Origin: Marsupella aquatica
Taxonomy: Eukaryota; Plantae; Marchantiophyta
DNA length: 64,000 nt
Reading direction: 5' to 3'
Assembly (NCBI GenBank): GCA_973895155.1
Contig: OZ316896.1
Coordinates: forward strand, 8,577,539-8,641,538
This document shows positions 12,575 to 26,100 of this stretch, piece after piece; position 1 is the first letter of the stretch; each line of letters opens with the position of its first letter. Made by a program: the position numbers and the translations under genes. The notes beneath the pieces were generated by a model, which was not told where the DNA came from, made no database searches, and saw only the letters and a list, made by a program, of their open reading frames with translations.

Positions 12575-13055
12575 CTGGAGCTTGGCCCCCCAAAAGTTGC
12601 CTCCGGCCTATGACAGTCGAACTGACGAGTTTGGACTTTGCAGGAGCATTGCCCACCCAGTTTGACAACTGCCCGGCCTGCACCCTGGAGCTTGGCCCAC
12701 CCGAAGTTGCCTCCTGCTCGCCCGCCAGAGCTGACAAGTTTGGAATTGCAGGAGCATTACCCACCCACTTTGGAAACTGCCTGGGCCCCACCTTAGAGGC
12801 CTTACCTCCTGCTTGCCAGAATTGGAAACTGCCCGGTCCCTACCTTGGATCCTGGCCCACCAAAAGTTGCCTCCTGCCCTCCTGGATTGACTAGTTTGGG
12901 CTTGGAGTAGCTTTGCCCACCCACTTTGGAAACCAGTTTTTTATCCCCATAGAGCAGTGTAAAGTGAAAAAAACCTAGTGCCTGGTTCCCAAAGTTGCCT
13001 CGTGCGTGCCAGAACTGGCGAGTTTGAGCATGTTGTAGTGTTGCCCACCCACTCT
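12575..13055. repeat. Degenerate GC-rich minisatellite, about 110-bp unit, 4-5 partial copies
   Basis: Recurring (c/t)tggcccacc.aaagttgcctcc...agtttgga....aggagcattgcccaccca.tttg at about 12577, 12687, 12848 and 12980. Confidence 0.75.
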
Positions 13056-16000
13056 ATCGACGCTATTGCACGCCCCGTCCTTCCAACTGCTGTGGGCGGT
13101 AGCTTAGTTCAATCTCAAAACACTTGGATGCCCATGGCGACAAAGAATCTGGCACGACATAGAAACTAGCTACCAGGATATACCCCAGGGAGTACCGATT
13201 TGGGTGGGCAGTTTATCACAAAATCAATGAATCGATTGAATGATCAGACAATGTTTCCAACTGTGGCCCTCAATGGAGATCTGATAGAGTAAGTTATAAT
13301 TCTCCAAATATTCTGATTGAATGAGGAGAGTTGTACAGTATGACAAACTTATTTCGGGACTTATTTCCATGACTGAGGTACAGTATGTCAAGAAAATGCA
13401 GCAATGTTATGGATAGGAAATTACTCTGGATAAGTTTCTCTACTCTTCGAATTCTTCTCCACAATGTAGGCCCTATGCAACCGAGGTGTAGTTTTGAAGC
13501 AGGTTTTAATGGTAATGGTAATGTATTATAAGCTCCGGGACCATGAAAGTCAAAGGAGCTGCCACAAAAAGTAAAGTACAATGCAATCAAAGAAAAGAGC
13601 AACCAAAAGAGATTGCATTTGCCAGAAATCTTCACCAGCGGTATTCATTTGCCAGAAACTTACCTTCTAGGCTAAAGCGTAAAGGGAGAACTCTCTACAG
13701 TATTATCATGATGAGCCGAGAAGGTTGAATTCTCCACAAAGCTTCAGTGGATCCCTTCTCTTTCAGCTATTTGCAGAGCTTCAGACTTCTGCACTGCAAA
13801 ATGGCAGCATGACCTCAAAGGTTACTCGATCCATCCTTAGTTGCGACTGTTACCTTCCGGCACGTACTCTTCAGTCACGATACTTTTAGTTGAAGCAGCA
13901 TTTCTTGCGTGCATTGACTTCAAGAAAATTTGAATTGATCGAAGCAGCTGCATTTCTTGTGTCCATCAAATAATTGACTTCAAGAAAATGTGAGCTTCAC
14001 AATCTAACTGACTACTTTCTGCAGTTGTGTGTGCTATCCAAGTATATCTTTTTAAAGATTAGTGCGATGAAAAATTTACCGGACCGAACTTGAGGCTACA
14101 GCTTGGGTAGAATTGATTCTTCTCGCCGAGTCTTGCAACAGAAATAAGTAGTGCATATGCCTCGTGAAAAATATATGTTTTGAAATTGTGGTTGCTTGAG
14201 GAGATTATTTGCTGGTCTCACACATGCTGTTGCAATCCTGCCTGTCATGATTACATCAATCATGACCATAGGCAAGCCGTTGTTGAGTTAAGACTAACAA
14301 TTATAAGTTTCAAGTAAAGTGAAAGAGTGCACAGTCATAGAACCAAACTTGCACGACAGAGAGGACTTCCAAAAGATCAGAGCGTAGAAAAACATTTGGC
14401 TTTGACTCAGGTTCAAAAACTCAGCAGAAGTAAACTACATGAGTGTGCTTGGGTGAACCAGATTTCTCTCACACCTGCAGGACGAGTACTCTATATTGAA
14501 TTATTGGGTGCAGAGTACACTGTCTAGTACGGTCTTGGTCCTGCAGATCGATGGGTGTCGTCCCTGGCATGGCTAGTCCAGTCATGCTTATTACGTGCTC
14601 ATTTATTTTGGCCAAAACCTGCCTTATAAAGTGAAGAGAAAATAGGTGTTTCAAAATTCAAGTACAGTACTCCAGATCCTTAGCTAGATCCTTGTGCGTA
14701 GATGAGAGGATATAATATTCAGTTGCAGTCCAGTCCTGAGGCTAGTGTCTGTTATATACTTTGCTCGTTGCATTTGTCAGGGAACTTACTGCAAGATATG
14801 GACTCCACTCCCACTGATGCGGGCACTGATGTCTTCTCCCTTTCAAATATTAAGAAATTCATAGTCTACACCTTTAGTTACTCTGTCGTGCAAAACTGTC
14901 TTAGAGTCATTCTGCCCCTCTACAAGCTAGGCACCTCGATCAGAATCCACCTAGACATCAATCATCTTGTGACTGTTGAGGTCCTTGAAATGCTCTTTTC
15001 ACTCAACCAATTGAATCACAAGGCACCTCTTATCGTCTACCTGCCACGATACTCGTCAGTTGGCTCATTCTTGAACTCGAGTAGAATTCGATGCGTTAGG
15101 CTAGGATCGGGGTTAGGTAAATGAGAAACCATACAGACCGTTAACGTCGCCATATCTAGTAAATAATGAAGCTGGGTCAGGAACAACGTTAGGTGACTAC
15201 AACTGGAGCGGTGGGAGGGAGCGATGGTGCTAGTCGTCACAAAATGTTTTATCTCTACCACATATTTGGGACAAAAACAATTCTTCCAAGAGGCAGAGTA
15301 GTTATGACTGACTTAATTTAGGAAACACACAATCTCGTTGTCACTTGCAATTGTAATTTTTCCCAAAAAACTCGATGAAGGGTTCAAACATAAGTAAATA
15401 GACAGAACATGTAAATATTGTTTGTGCATGTAGCCATTGCTTTAGTAAATTCCACAAAGCTCATTGTTCAGTTATTTTCATTATTGACCCCATGGGAAGG
15501 TCCTTCCAAAATACTTGGAAGCACGGGCAGCCACATCAGCACTATTGGTCATAAACAAGAACAGTTCATTATGCAAAAAGCACCAAACAAGACTTCATGT
15601 GTTTGAAACAAGTCAAAGAAAAACAATTAGACCTTGTAACCGTAAAAACAATTGAAAACTTAAAATTAATATTTCAAATAAACAAAGAAAGGGGTGAAAA
15701 GGGGGTAAAAGAAATTAACCTTTGGATAGGCTGTGATTGATATATCAATGTTTTCCAATAGATAGTATGAGTTTTCTATTTAATTAGCAATTTTTGGAAT
15801 AATCATGGTTAGAAAGAAATTCTTCAACTACTGTAACGTTTACCAAGGTAATGTAAGAACCCATTCGATTACTATGGAAAAAGGAACACCAAGAGAACAT
15901 GAGAAACATTTTGACTATTATGGATAAAGGAATATCAAAAGAATGTAATTAATAAACCCTTGGTTTCTATAGCATTTTGCATGGACTCTATGGACATAGG

Positions 16001-18048
16001 AGTACCAAGGGACCATTGTGCATGCACTTCTTCCATGAATAATCTACTCATTTTGTCCTCTGGTCTCCATATTCAAACCTATTTGAATATGCAACCTTAA
16101 TGTGTTTAACTTAGTTGTTGAATAACATCAAACTTACATATGAACCAAGGGGTCCTTGAACTAATTGATATGAACATGACTGGTTCTAGTAACATACATT
16201 GATGCCACTTGACATTATATGTAGCAACTAGATGGGGGACTTTGTTGATTATCTTTGTCCTAGTGAACATAAGCACCACGTGACTGTTGTGCAGAGTTTT
16301 AATGCGCAGGAGCCTAAACTAAAACTTAGAGTTACCCAGAGCTTGTGATGGGGTACATCTATGGAATGTGTGGGAAGGCTTCCACTTGGGTAGGCTACAA
16401 GAACAGCTACAATCTGTTCATATGATTCAAGATGAATCTTGGGGTCCTCATATATTTCCTTTCTACCCATCACGCAAAAGTAAGTATAGTGTTTGTGTAT
16501 TGGGTTGAGAAGAATACTTTTAAATTTCTGTAGAATAACATTTTGGTTTTTTAAATCCAATTTTGAGAATTGTAAGAAAAGATCCACTAAACAAAGTTTC
16601 ATGTAGCAAGGGTCAGGAAACCAAAACAGCTGAAAATTAAAACAAATTACAGTGCAATTTTACCAAACACTTACATTTTTGTTATGCCTATATTCCCATT
16701 TCCGCTGGGTCATACTCTTGTTATGTTCCATTCTTCTTTTGATAATTTGTAGGAAAAAAATAAGGATTTTGCTTGTATTATAAATTCTGTTGCTGCACAC
16801 ATGAAGCATGGTTTAGCTGCATCACAATACCTCCAAAACCTCACCCCACCCCATGCACGCTTTTACTCCCACCCCAGATTTTGATTCATGCCCCCTTAGA
16901 TAGATGAAAACAAAAACATATTTTGCAAAAAAGAAATTCTACCCTATTTTCCTTTCATCTTTGCCCCATTTTTTTGTCCACCATATTTTCAATTCTGTCT
17001 TTAGTAAGAGTCATTGTGAGCTTTGAAATGATGTTAGAAACCGTGGTACATGTCATAATTTTAACACACATATTCAATCCATGCACATCCTTTTTTCTAT
17101 GCACGTGAATTTTGGTGGGACCCTATCATTCTCTTCATGCACATTTGTTTTTTATATGAGCATATATTTTGGTGGGGTCCTAGACTCACTGTCTAAAGGC
17201 TTCACTCTAGAAGCCTAGACCCCAACTCTAGCCTCCCTTAGCTGACTTTCCAAGAAAGTCTCAATTATGAGTAATGTTACATCTTGTTGGGGGATGTCTA
17301 GAATCTCCAGGCATGAAAGGAGTGATCTACCAAGAAACCCTTGATCTGCACTACAGTACTTCACATACGAGACTTCTTTCAATTGGTAGTTTTCCCCGTC
17401 ACCATGATCTGAAATACTATCGTCTGCGCCAAATCATTGCTCCAATTCAATTTTTTCATTGTGCAATTGTTGGATCAATTTGAGGCTTATTTTCGCTCTT
17501 TTCTATGTGCACAATGGCTTACGCTCGAGAGAAAAGAAACCCAAGATAATGGCTTGATGAGCCCCAAACATTCAGAATTTGACTTGATGGCCATGTCAAA
17601 AGTCAGTGTGACCACAGTTTGACCCAGCCGGTTGCAGTCACACTAACAATCGAGCTGTGGTCTACTACCATGCTTTTGCTCTCCCATGCAGCCAGTTCAC
17701 CTGCTTACCCATGACAAAAGGCAACTGTGAGTTTGAAGTATGTTCGTCCACCAAACATGGAATTCCTTGATGGGCTGCTGGTCTCAAGGCTCTGGTCTAA
17801 GGTTCAGGGTGCCTATCAGAAAACATTTTTTTGCCTTTATTACATGATTAAATATTCTCGATGCTCTTTTGCTGCTTATATATTTTGCTGCGTATCATCC
17901 ATGCTGCCTGTTGATGTCCTTTTCCTGGTCATCCTGCTAGTCATGGATGTCAATTACAGCTCCACGGCCAGTCAAGACTTGAAGGCTGAACACCCGAATT
18001 CAGGATTACTGCCTTTGCATGACTATGGAAATTTTAAGTTGTTAGAGG

Positions 18049-18207
18049 GAGGGATTTGCTTGATCAGACCCCAAAACAAATTGTGTTACTTGATAGGACC
18101 CCTGAAGTTTTGGGTACATTGATTCAAGGTCAATCAACGGTCTGGATCACTCAGGGGTCTTACCAAGTAACACGTTTCATTTTAGGGTCTGATCAAGCAA
18201 ATCCCTC
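18049..18207. mobile_element. MITE, Mutator-like (159 bp, nearly fully palindromic)
   Basis: TIRs gagggatttgcttgatcagacc / ggtctgatcaagcaaatccctc, extending inward about 55 bp with mismatches. Flanked by a 10-bp TSD, ttgttagagg (18039-18048) / ttgttagtgg (18208-18217), with one mismatch. Confidence 0.85.
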
Positions 18208-19557
18208 TTGTTAGTGGGGATTTACATTTTTTTCTGGTTTTTTTTAATATTTTAAGGGGAAATCTATGAAACCCCACAGAAAGGGAATAATAAGTGGGGA
18301 TTTGGTTTTACTTGCTGAAGAAGTTCAAAGGGAGGAAAGCATGAGCTTTTACTAGGCAGGAGGTTGACAACTCCAACCCTCGTTAGAAACAGCAACAATT
18401 TCATTGCCTTGGGTCTGTGGGGGGTAACTAAGGATTTTTGGTCATAAATTCATCTCACTATCATCCCAAACCTTGTCTTTTATAATAGAGGCAAGTGTTG
18501 ATCTGGCAGGTCCTTGATGATGTAGAGTCAACAGGTTAGTTCCAAACTACATCACAAATTGACAAGTACCTTGAATGCACATCAAAACCTTAGATACAAA
18601 GTTTTTAGAATATGGTTGCCTCAACTTTAAATATGGGTCTCGGTAATTGTGCATCTAAATATGACATATACTATGTACGACACCCCTGCATACAGTGATA
18701 ATAGTAATTTTTTCCTTTCAATCAATGAATGCAGCCACATTTTGATGTGTGATTACCAGCAGGGTTTAAATATCCTTCCCCAAAAGGATAATAAAAGCTT
18801 TTAGGACCCTCCTATCTTATTAATAAATTGCAGAAGCTCGAGTGGAGGTCTAGGCTTCTGGTGTGAAGCACTAGAGGCCTCTGGACTGTGATTCTAGGGT
18901 CCCACCAAAATTTGAAGATGGACATAACATGAGATATCCAAATGAATCATGTCTAGTGATTTTTGTCATCTTTACTATTAACATGCAAAGGATGGACATT
19001 TCAGGCTCGTCTAGATAAATGAGCAACAAAAGAATCTTTAAGACACCTAAAAGTGTGTGGATCTCCAAAAGAAAGTTAAGTAGCTTGTATTGTAGTGTTA
19101 CCCTCTCAAAATGATTCCGATTTTGAGAAAATTAATTAATCAATTCTTTTTGAGAAGCAAGAATAAATTAATTAGTCTCGGCCACTTGGTACTTGTGCCC
19201 ACTCCTCATTGTTCATGCCCTCACAAAGTGTTGGCCCCACTTTAATCCCCCCTTGTCTTTTTTTAGAACATAACTGTTTAGCTGCTAAAGCTAACACTCA
19301 CTGGTGAGCCTTTGAATTCATGTTTCTCTCATAATGACTTTAGTTAGCTACATATAAGTCACTAAAAACCATAAACTTAATTAGGAAACAACACTATGAG
19401 TGGCACTTACAATGGGAAGGGTTGACATTATCTTCAAGTGTTTGTTTCTCACACTCCTTGGCTTCCCACACTCTTGGGAAAAGATAGATTAGGGATTAGG
19501 TATCCTTAATTATGAAGTGTTATGTTTAATATAACTTAAATACAATGGGTTGGCAAC

Positions 19558-19581
19558 ATATATATATATATATATATATAC
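19558..19581. repeat. (TA)n microsatellite
   Basis: Run of about 11-12 TA units. Confidence 0.95.
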
Positions 19582-20789
19582 CTGTCTAGAATACTTATCC
19601 ACAGTAAAATCTATACTATAGTAATTAATATCTAACTACTTTATGAAACACAAGATGTCAAATCACATGCATAAGTATTATTTTGAAACTATCGTTATAT
19701 GAAAATATATGGAAAAATGCATGTATACCTTTAAAATATAGAGATACTGACAGTAGTTCTAGGTGAAGATAAGTACAATGCACTGAATGTACAACTATTT
19801 ACCTTATAGGTACAATACCGTCTGGGTGGAAAAGAAGCACACTAATCTTATCTTGGGCTCTATTTTGAGTTCAGAGCAAAACTCAAGAGCTTCCGTACAC
19901 ACCAGTATACAGGACGAGGTGAGTACAAATTCTTTTGAGTGTCAAGAGGGTATGAATGAACCCCACTTTTGGGTGGGGTGAATGATAAAAGATTTTGAAT
20001 CGCCAGCATGATTCAAACTCGAGTCCTCCCGGCCCCAGTGAGCTCCTCTACCATGCAGCCTACTAGCTAGAGGCAGCTGGTGACCAAAGGGATGCGCGCC
20101 CAGTATTTAACCTGATCTGGCATCAGGAAAAATGGGCAGCGGGCAGCTCTGGATGGGCTAGTCAATGCTAATCACATTTGTTAGCCTCAAGAAATTGAAT
20201 GCCAGGTCTAACATAAAATAAGGAGTTGAAAAGAGGAAAGGGTTGGACTATGTAACTAAACTCAAGATGATACAAAGTGGAAGTATATACTAGTCCTGAT
20301 TGACATAAAAATACACAATCAGTAATCCTAATAGGACAAGATAGCTTAGGGGGCCATATATATGAGTATAGCAGTGTCAATCAGGACTAAGTCCTGGTAG
20401 TTGCACATAAAAAACCTACAGTTAGATACGTTAGCTACTACTGTAATAGTCTATCCTGCCAAAGTCCATCATACCCTTACAAAATCAGGAAAATGAGAAC
20501 CAATCCTAGCCCTTCATACAAACTTTGCTTTTCTAGCAATATCAGATCAAACTATACCCACTTCAATCTCAATATCCTTGGCCTGAGTGGCCCTTAGCCT
20601 GCCCAAACCTGCCCAAGGTGGAAAAATTAAGAAATCAATTATTATAAATGATTAAAAGTGAATGATTAAAATTGCAATTAAAAATTAAAACAAAAGAGAA
20701 CAAAATTAACAAAACAAAATCCCTCCTTTAACACAGTTGTGTTTGGACTGGGCAATAGAGTGTTTTCTTGCCCTGCATTTCCTTGTTTC

Positions 20790-20943
20790 TCCTTGACATT
20801 GCCTTGCCTCAACATCTTTTCCTCTACTTGGCATTTTTGTCTCACCCTGACATCTTTGCCTCACCACATCTAAACTTGCCTTGACATTTTTTACTTGGCT
20901 TGACATCTTTGCCTCATCTCAACATCTTTGCCTCACCTCAACA
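20790..20943. repeat. Short-unit minisatellite (acatctttgcctca core)
   Basis: Repeated (g/a)acatctttgcctca(c/t) and variants. Confidence 0.7.
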
Positions 20944-21219
20944 TGATCTGTGCAATGCACAAGCATTTGGGCTGTCTAGAATAACACTCACTGATTCAAA
21001 GAAAATAATTGGGTTTATCATGTCTGAATTTGAGTGACATACACTGTCTGAATTCATTGTGTTTTTTTGGTGAAATTATTTTTGGTGTATAATTTATCAG
21101 ATTTAATTCAGACGGGATAAACCCAATTGTTTTTGGTGTAATTATTTATCACAATTAAACCCTGAATTGGGTTGATCACGTCTGAATATTTTAGTGACCA
21201 CATTATTCCACTACTATGA

Positions 21220-21563
21220 TGTTAGATATTGCTCTAGTCTTGTGACTCATGAGCTAACCACAGTTAGTCTAACTCGGGTTAGGACTTAGCTAATGTTAGC
21301 GGTTGTGCTGTTGTGCATATAGCCAGGGCTGATGCCAGACCCTAGTGGAACAAAGGCTCATTGTTATGGAGCTAGTTGAGAGATAGGAAGAGCTTGTGCT
21401 GTGGATGTTTGGTATAGCCGGTCGGCCTAGAGTGCAGTAAAGCTCTTGTATGTTCCCGTGGACGTAGCCTCATGTGGAGGTGAACCACGTATCTCTCTGT
21501 GTTGACTCTTGTGCGTTGGATGATTCATGGGCTTGCCGTTACGAATGTCATCTATGCTCAACA
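21220..21563 (+). repeat. 5' LTR of Copia copy 1
   Basis: tgttagatattgc...ctatgctcaaca, followed by the PBS. Confidence 0.97.
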
Positions 21564-23128
21564 AGTGGTATCAGAGCATGCCTGGGAGGTGACGAGGTTT
21601 TTTTTTTCGTGACAGGTTTTCCCAGCGTTCATTGTCGATGGTACATTCGGAGTTTCGTCGCATGAAACTTGAATATGTGTGGCTGTGCGGATAGGTTAGT
21701 GAGAGGGCTTTCTAACGGTGGTTAGAACTCGCTGATCGGTATCCGTGGTGCGGAGGAATCGAAGTTTGCGTCGTTCAGGTTTTATTCGTGTTCGACGGTT
21801 TTTTTGGGGAGAGACCAGAGTTTGTGTTTTCAACAGTGTGAGTTGTGCGGTGCGGGAGGCGTCGCATGTTGTAGCTCAAGTTGAAGGTTGAAGCAAACTG
21901 GTCATTTTGGTAGCTGGATTGTTGCCGAGTTGTTACCGAGTGCGACGTGACGAGTGACGGAGGCGTTCAGGTTTTTTCACAAGCTATGGAGCTTGTTCTC
22001 ATCTGAACCGGGTTTCTCTTCGTGACGTCCGACTCGGTGGAAGAAACGCAAAGTGCTACGGCTCAACGGTTTGATCGCGGCGAAGCGGTCGTTTTGAGTC
22101 CGGGATTGACACTTGATGCGGAGTGAGTGTGACGCAGCAGAATTTATTTTTTTCTCTGTTGGAGCTGCAGACTGTGTTGGTGCAATTTGGCAACATTTCC
22201 CGTCGGCGGCGTTCACTTTACTCGTGAAAAGCAGCGGCGTTCAAGGTGTGTAAACGGTTTTTTTTTTTTTAAGTCAAATCTTGGCTTAGGTTAGGGCCAC
22301 TTTTGGTGTGTATACACACCCTCCCGGCCCTTGGTCCCCCGTCGTTTCCCCTTGTACGCCCGACCCTCCCCGCACCTTGTTTTCCCCTCATCCTTCAGCC
22401 GCGGTGACGAGCTGCGCAACACCGGCCGGCGCTTTTCGCGTGCTCATACGCCCTCCGCCATACCACGCCAATCGCTACCTCGGCCCCGCCCTGATGTCGT
22501 ATGGCCGGCCCTGCATGTGTACGCGGCTATTACACCGCCCTAGTAACCCCAGGGAGTACTCCCGGCCTTACGCCCTTCAGGCCCGCCCGTTTATACTGTA
22601 TTTTTTGATTAGGGGCTTAAGCACCCCCTTTAGGGCCATTATTTTGCCTCTTTTTCTTCCTTAATGGTTTCCCTTTGTGCCGGGACCTGCCGCCCTCCGT
22701 TTTAACCGCTTGGACAGGGGGAACGGCCCCCTGTGAGACCTGCTGTACTGTGCGGGAATATTCCCAAAAAACAGAGAGCTGTTTTTTGGCCGTCCGACAA
22801 AGATTCCGTCCGCCAAACGGTAACTTTTTTGGTTCTTTTTTGGTGAGGACGTTGCCACTGGAGTTAGCAACGCGGCGCACCGATCACATCGCGATTCCGA
22901 CGACGGGTTGTACTAGGTATTTCGGTTATTCTTCGAGGTGGTCAAAACGGGGGAGTTTCCCAAGGTTTTACCCACCCCGACCAAAATTTGAATAACTTTT
23001 CCATCAAATTTTGATTTTGATTTCGGCTTTCAGTATTGGACTCCTAGCTTCGTGGGCTATGTGGCGGTGTTGAGTTTTGAGTTTTATGAGAAGTTTCGAA
23101 AAAAGACGTTTTTTCGTGATTATTTCAT

Positions 23129-26100
23129 ATGAGTGACTCGGAGGATACTGGAAGAATTGGCGTCAGTGGAGCTTTAGGATCGCGACAATCAGACGGTGAG
23201 TCAGAGGAGGAGCTGCTACCATTTGAGGAGGAACTAGTGACACCGGTACAATCACCGGTGCGGCGTGCAGTGGAGGAAGCTGTGTTACTACCAGAGCTGT
23301 CGGTAGTGGGAAAGAAGAGGGAGATGGCAAGATTCGGAGGGGTGAAGTTTGAGGTGGAGAAGGACGATGGTCGTACTGATTACTTGCTGTGGGAGAAGCA
23401 AGTCATGGGTGTTCTACGGGCCATGGGCTTAGCTCATCTGCTCTCTTCGCGAGAGCAGTATGATGGAGAGGAGGAGATTTCTGTGAGACAGTGGAGACAG
23501 GAGCAGGTGATTGTTGTCAATGTAGTGATGCTATATCTCAAGCCGCACATCATCAAGCAACTGAATGATTATGCGGATTGCACGTCACTGTTCAAGGCTC
23601 TTAGAGAGAAGTACTACCGGGAAGATGCGTCAGACCGGCTGTACAAGAAGTCTCTCTTGATGAGCCTTAGGCTCAAGGAAGGGAGCAAGATGCAGGATCA
23701 CCTGGATGAATTTGACAGTCTAGCGGTGGATCTGTCAAACCTGGGAAAAGGAGTTGAAGATGAGGATAAGGCCTTGCTTCTGCTAAGCTCCTTACCGCCA
23801 TCTTATCAGGGCTTGAAACAGGTGCTCTTGTACAAAGATTTGAAGTCCATTTCGTATAATGAGGTGGTGAGCTTATTACTGTCTGATGATGCTCAGAAGA
23901 AGCTGGGTCAATCACAGACAGCATCTTCTTCTGGCACTGCGCTCAATGTGAACAGGGGAAGAGCAGCGCAGCGCACGAATGGACAAAACAGGTTTAGATC
24001 TACATCACGAGGGAGATCTAAATCCAGAGGGAAATCGCAAGAGAGGAAGCCTCTTGCATGTTGGAATTGTGGCAAGCCTGGCCACATGAAAAGGGATTGT
24101 TGAGTAAAGGTCCCTACTGCCTCTGCTAATGCGGCATCGAGCTCGCATGAGGTAGATTTACTCGATGATGATGACATATTGTGATGTCAAGGTTATGCTC
24201 TCAACGTAGTGTCAAATCCAGGTAAAGATGACTGGATTCTAGATAGTGCATGTACTTTTCATATTTGCTCTAGAAGAGATTATTTCAGTTCTTACACGGT
24301 TTCCAACGGGTCAGTGTTGATGGGAAATGGAATCCCATGTCAAGTTGTTGGACTTGGATCTGTAAGATTTCAGATGTTTGATGGTGTTGTGAGAACGTTG
24401 AGGAATGTGAGACATATTCCCAGCATGATGAAAAATCTCATTTCACTTGGAGTTTTAGAAACAAATGGCCATCAGTGGAGCTCTGCTAATGGTGTCCTTC
24501 AGGTTTCAACTGGTACTAAAGTTGTATTGAAGGGAAAGAGACATAGCAATCTATACGTTTTGGAGGGCAGTGTAGTTTGTGATGAAGCCAATGTAACCTT
24601 ATCTCATGAGGAGACGGCCCGGCTGTGGCACTTCCGTTTGGGCCACATGAGTGAAAAAGGTTTGGTTATTCTTCAGAAGAAAGGATTACTTTCTAATTTG
24701 CAATCTTGTAAGTTGGAATTTTGTGAGCACTGTGTGCTAGGGAAGCAGCACAGGAAACCCTTCGGAGTTGGAACTCACACCAGCAAGGAGGTACTTGAAT
24801 ATGTACATAGGGATGTGTGGGGTCCAGCCCCTACTCCCTCACATTCTGGACGGTTATACTATGTCACGTTCATAGACGATTACTCAAGGTATGTGTGGAT
24901 ATACTTTCTACACAATAAGTCTGATGTTTTTGCCACTTTTAAGGAGTGGAAAGCCCAAGTTGAGAATCAGACTGGTAATAAAGTGAGATATCTTCGATCG
25001 GATAACGGCGGTGAATACAGTTCCGCGGAATTTGGAACGTATTGTAAGGAGCAGGGGATTACCGGCCATCTCACAACAAGTTACACTCCTCAGCAGAATG
25101 GTGTTTCTGAGAGACTCAACCGAACACTATTGGACCGCTCGAGGAGTATGTTGAGTCAATCATGCTTACCACATGAGTTTTGGGGTGAAGCTGTCAACAC
25201 TGTAGCTTATTTGGTAAATTTTTCTCCATCCAGTTCTATTGGATTCAAGACGCCATTTGAAATGAGGTACGGGCATCCAGCAGATTACTCACATCTGAGG
25301 ATTTTTGGATGTGATGCTTATGTGCTTACACCTTCCCAGCTTCGATCCAAGTTGGAGTCTAAGTCGAAGAAGTGCATTTTCCTTGGCTATCAGAAAGGTG
25401 TGAAGGGTTATAGGTTATGGGATCCAGTAACCTGTAAACTAATTGTCAGTAGAGATGTGTCCTTTAATGAATCCAGATCATCAAAGGAGAGGGAGAGTTC
25501 TCAGGACTCCCATACTGACAAGGGAAAATCTCCCATCCCGGACCCGGTTGAGGGGGAAATTAGTCATGATGTTGTTCATGACAGGAGAGATGGAGAAGCT
25601 CCGGGCTTGGAGCTGGTTCCTGTTATGGAACAAGAGGAGCAGATTGTTGCTGGGGTACCTCAAATTCAACCACCACCAGCAGCAGATCAGCCTGAGTCAT
25701 CTACTAGAAGAACTTCTAGTCATTCTACTAGAGCTCCTACCAGGTATGGTCAATGGGCAGACTCATCTAAGCTAGATGATATTGACATTGCACCTGATGA
25801 AGATGATATGGCTTTGATCTTGGAAGAAGGAGAGCCTTCTTCGTATAGTGAGGCTTGTGCTTCAGAGCAGAAGCATGAGTGGAATGCAGCAATGTAGAGG
25901 GAGTTGCAATCTTTGAGTGACAACAAGACATGGGAGCTGGTGGAGCTTCCAAGAGGTCAGCAAGTGGTGGACAGCAAGTGGATTTACAAGTTGAAGGACA
26001 GTCCTTCAGAGGGTGGAGATAAGATCTACAAGGCACGGCTTGTTGCCAAGGGATTCACTCAGGAGAAAGGAGTGGATTACAATGAGGTCTTTTCACTGGT

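Noticed and set aside
12575-13055. CRISPR-like array
   Set aside because: Whole units are degenerate repeats with no unique spacers, there are no cas genes, and the context is eukaryotic.
20001-20066. Functional tRNA gene
   Set aside because: The B-box is degenerate and no complete acceptor or anticodon stems were found.
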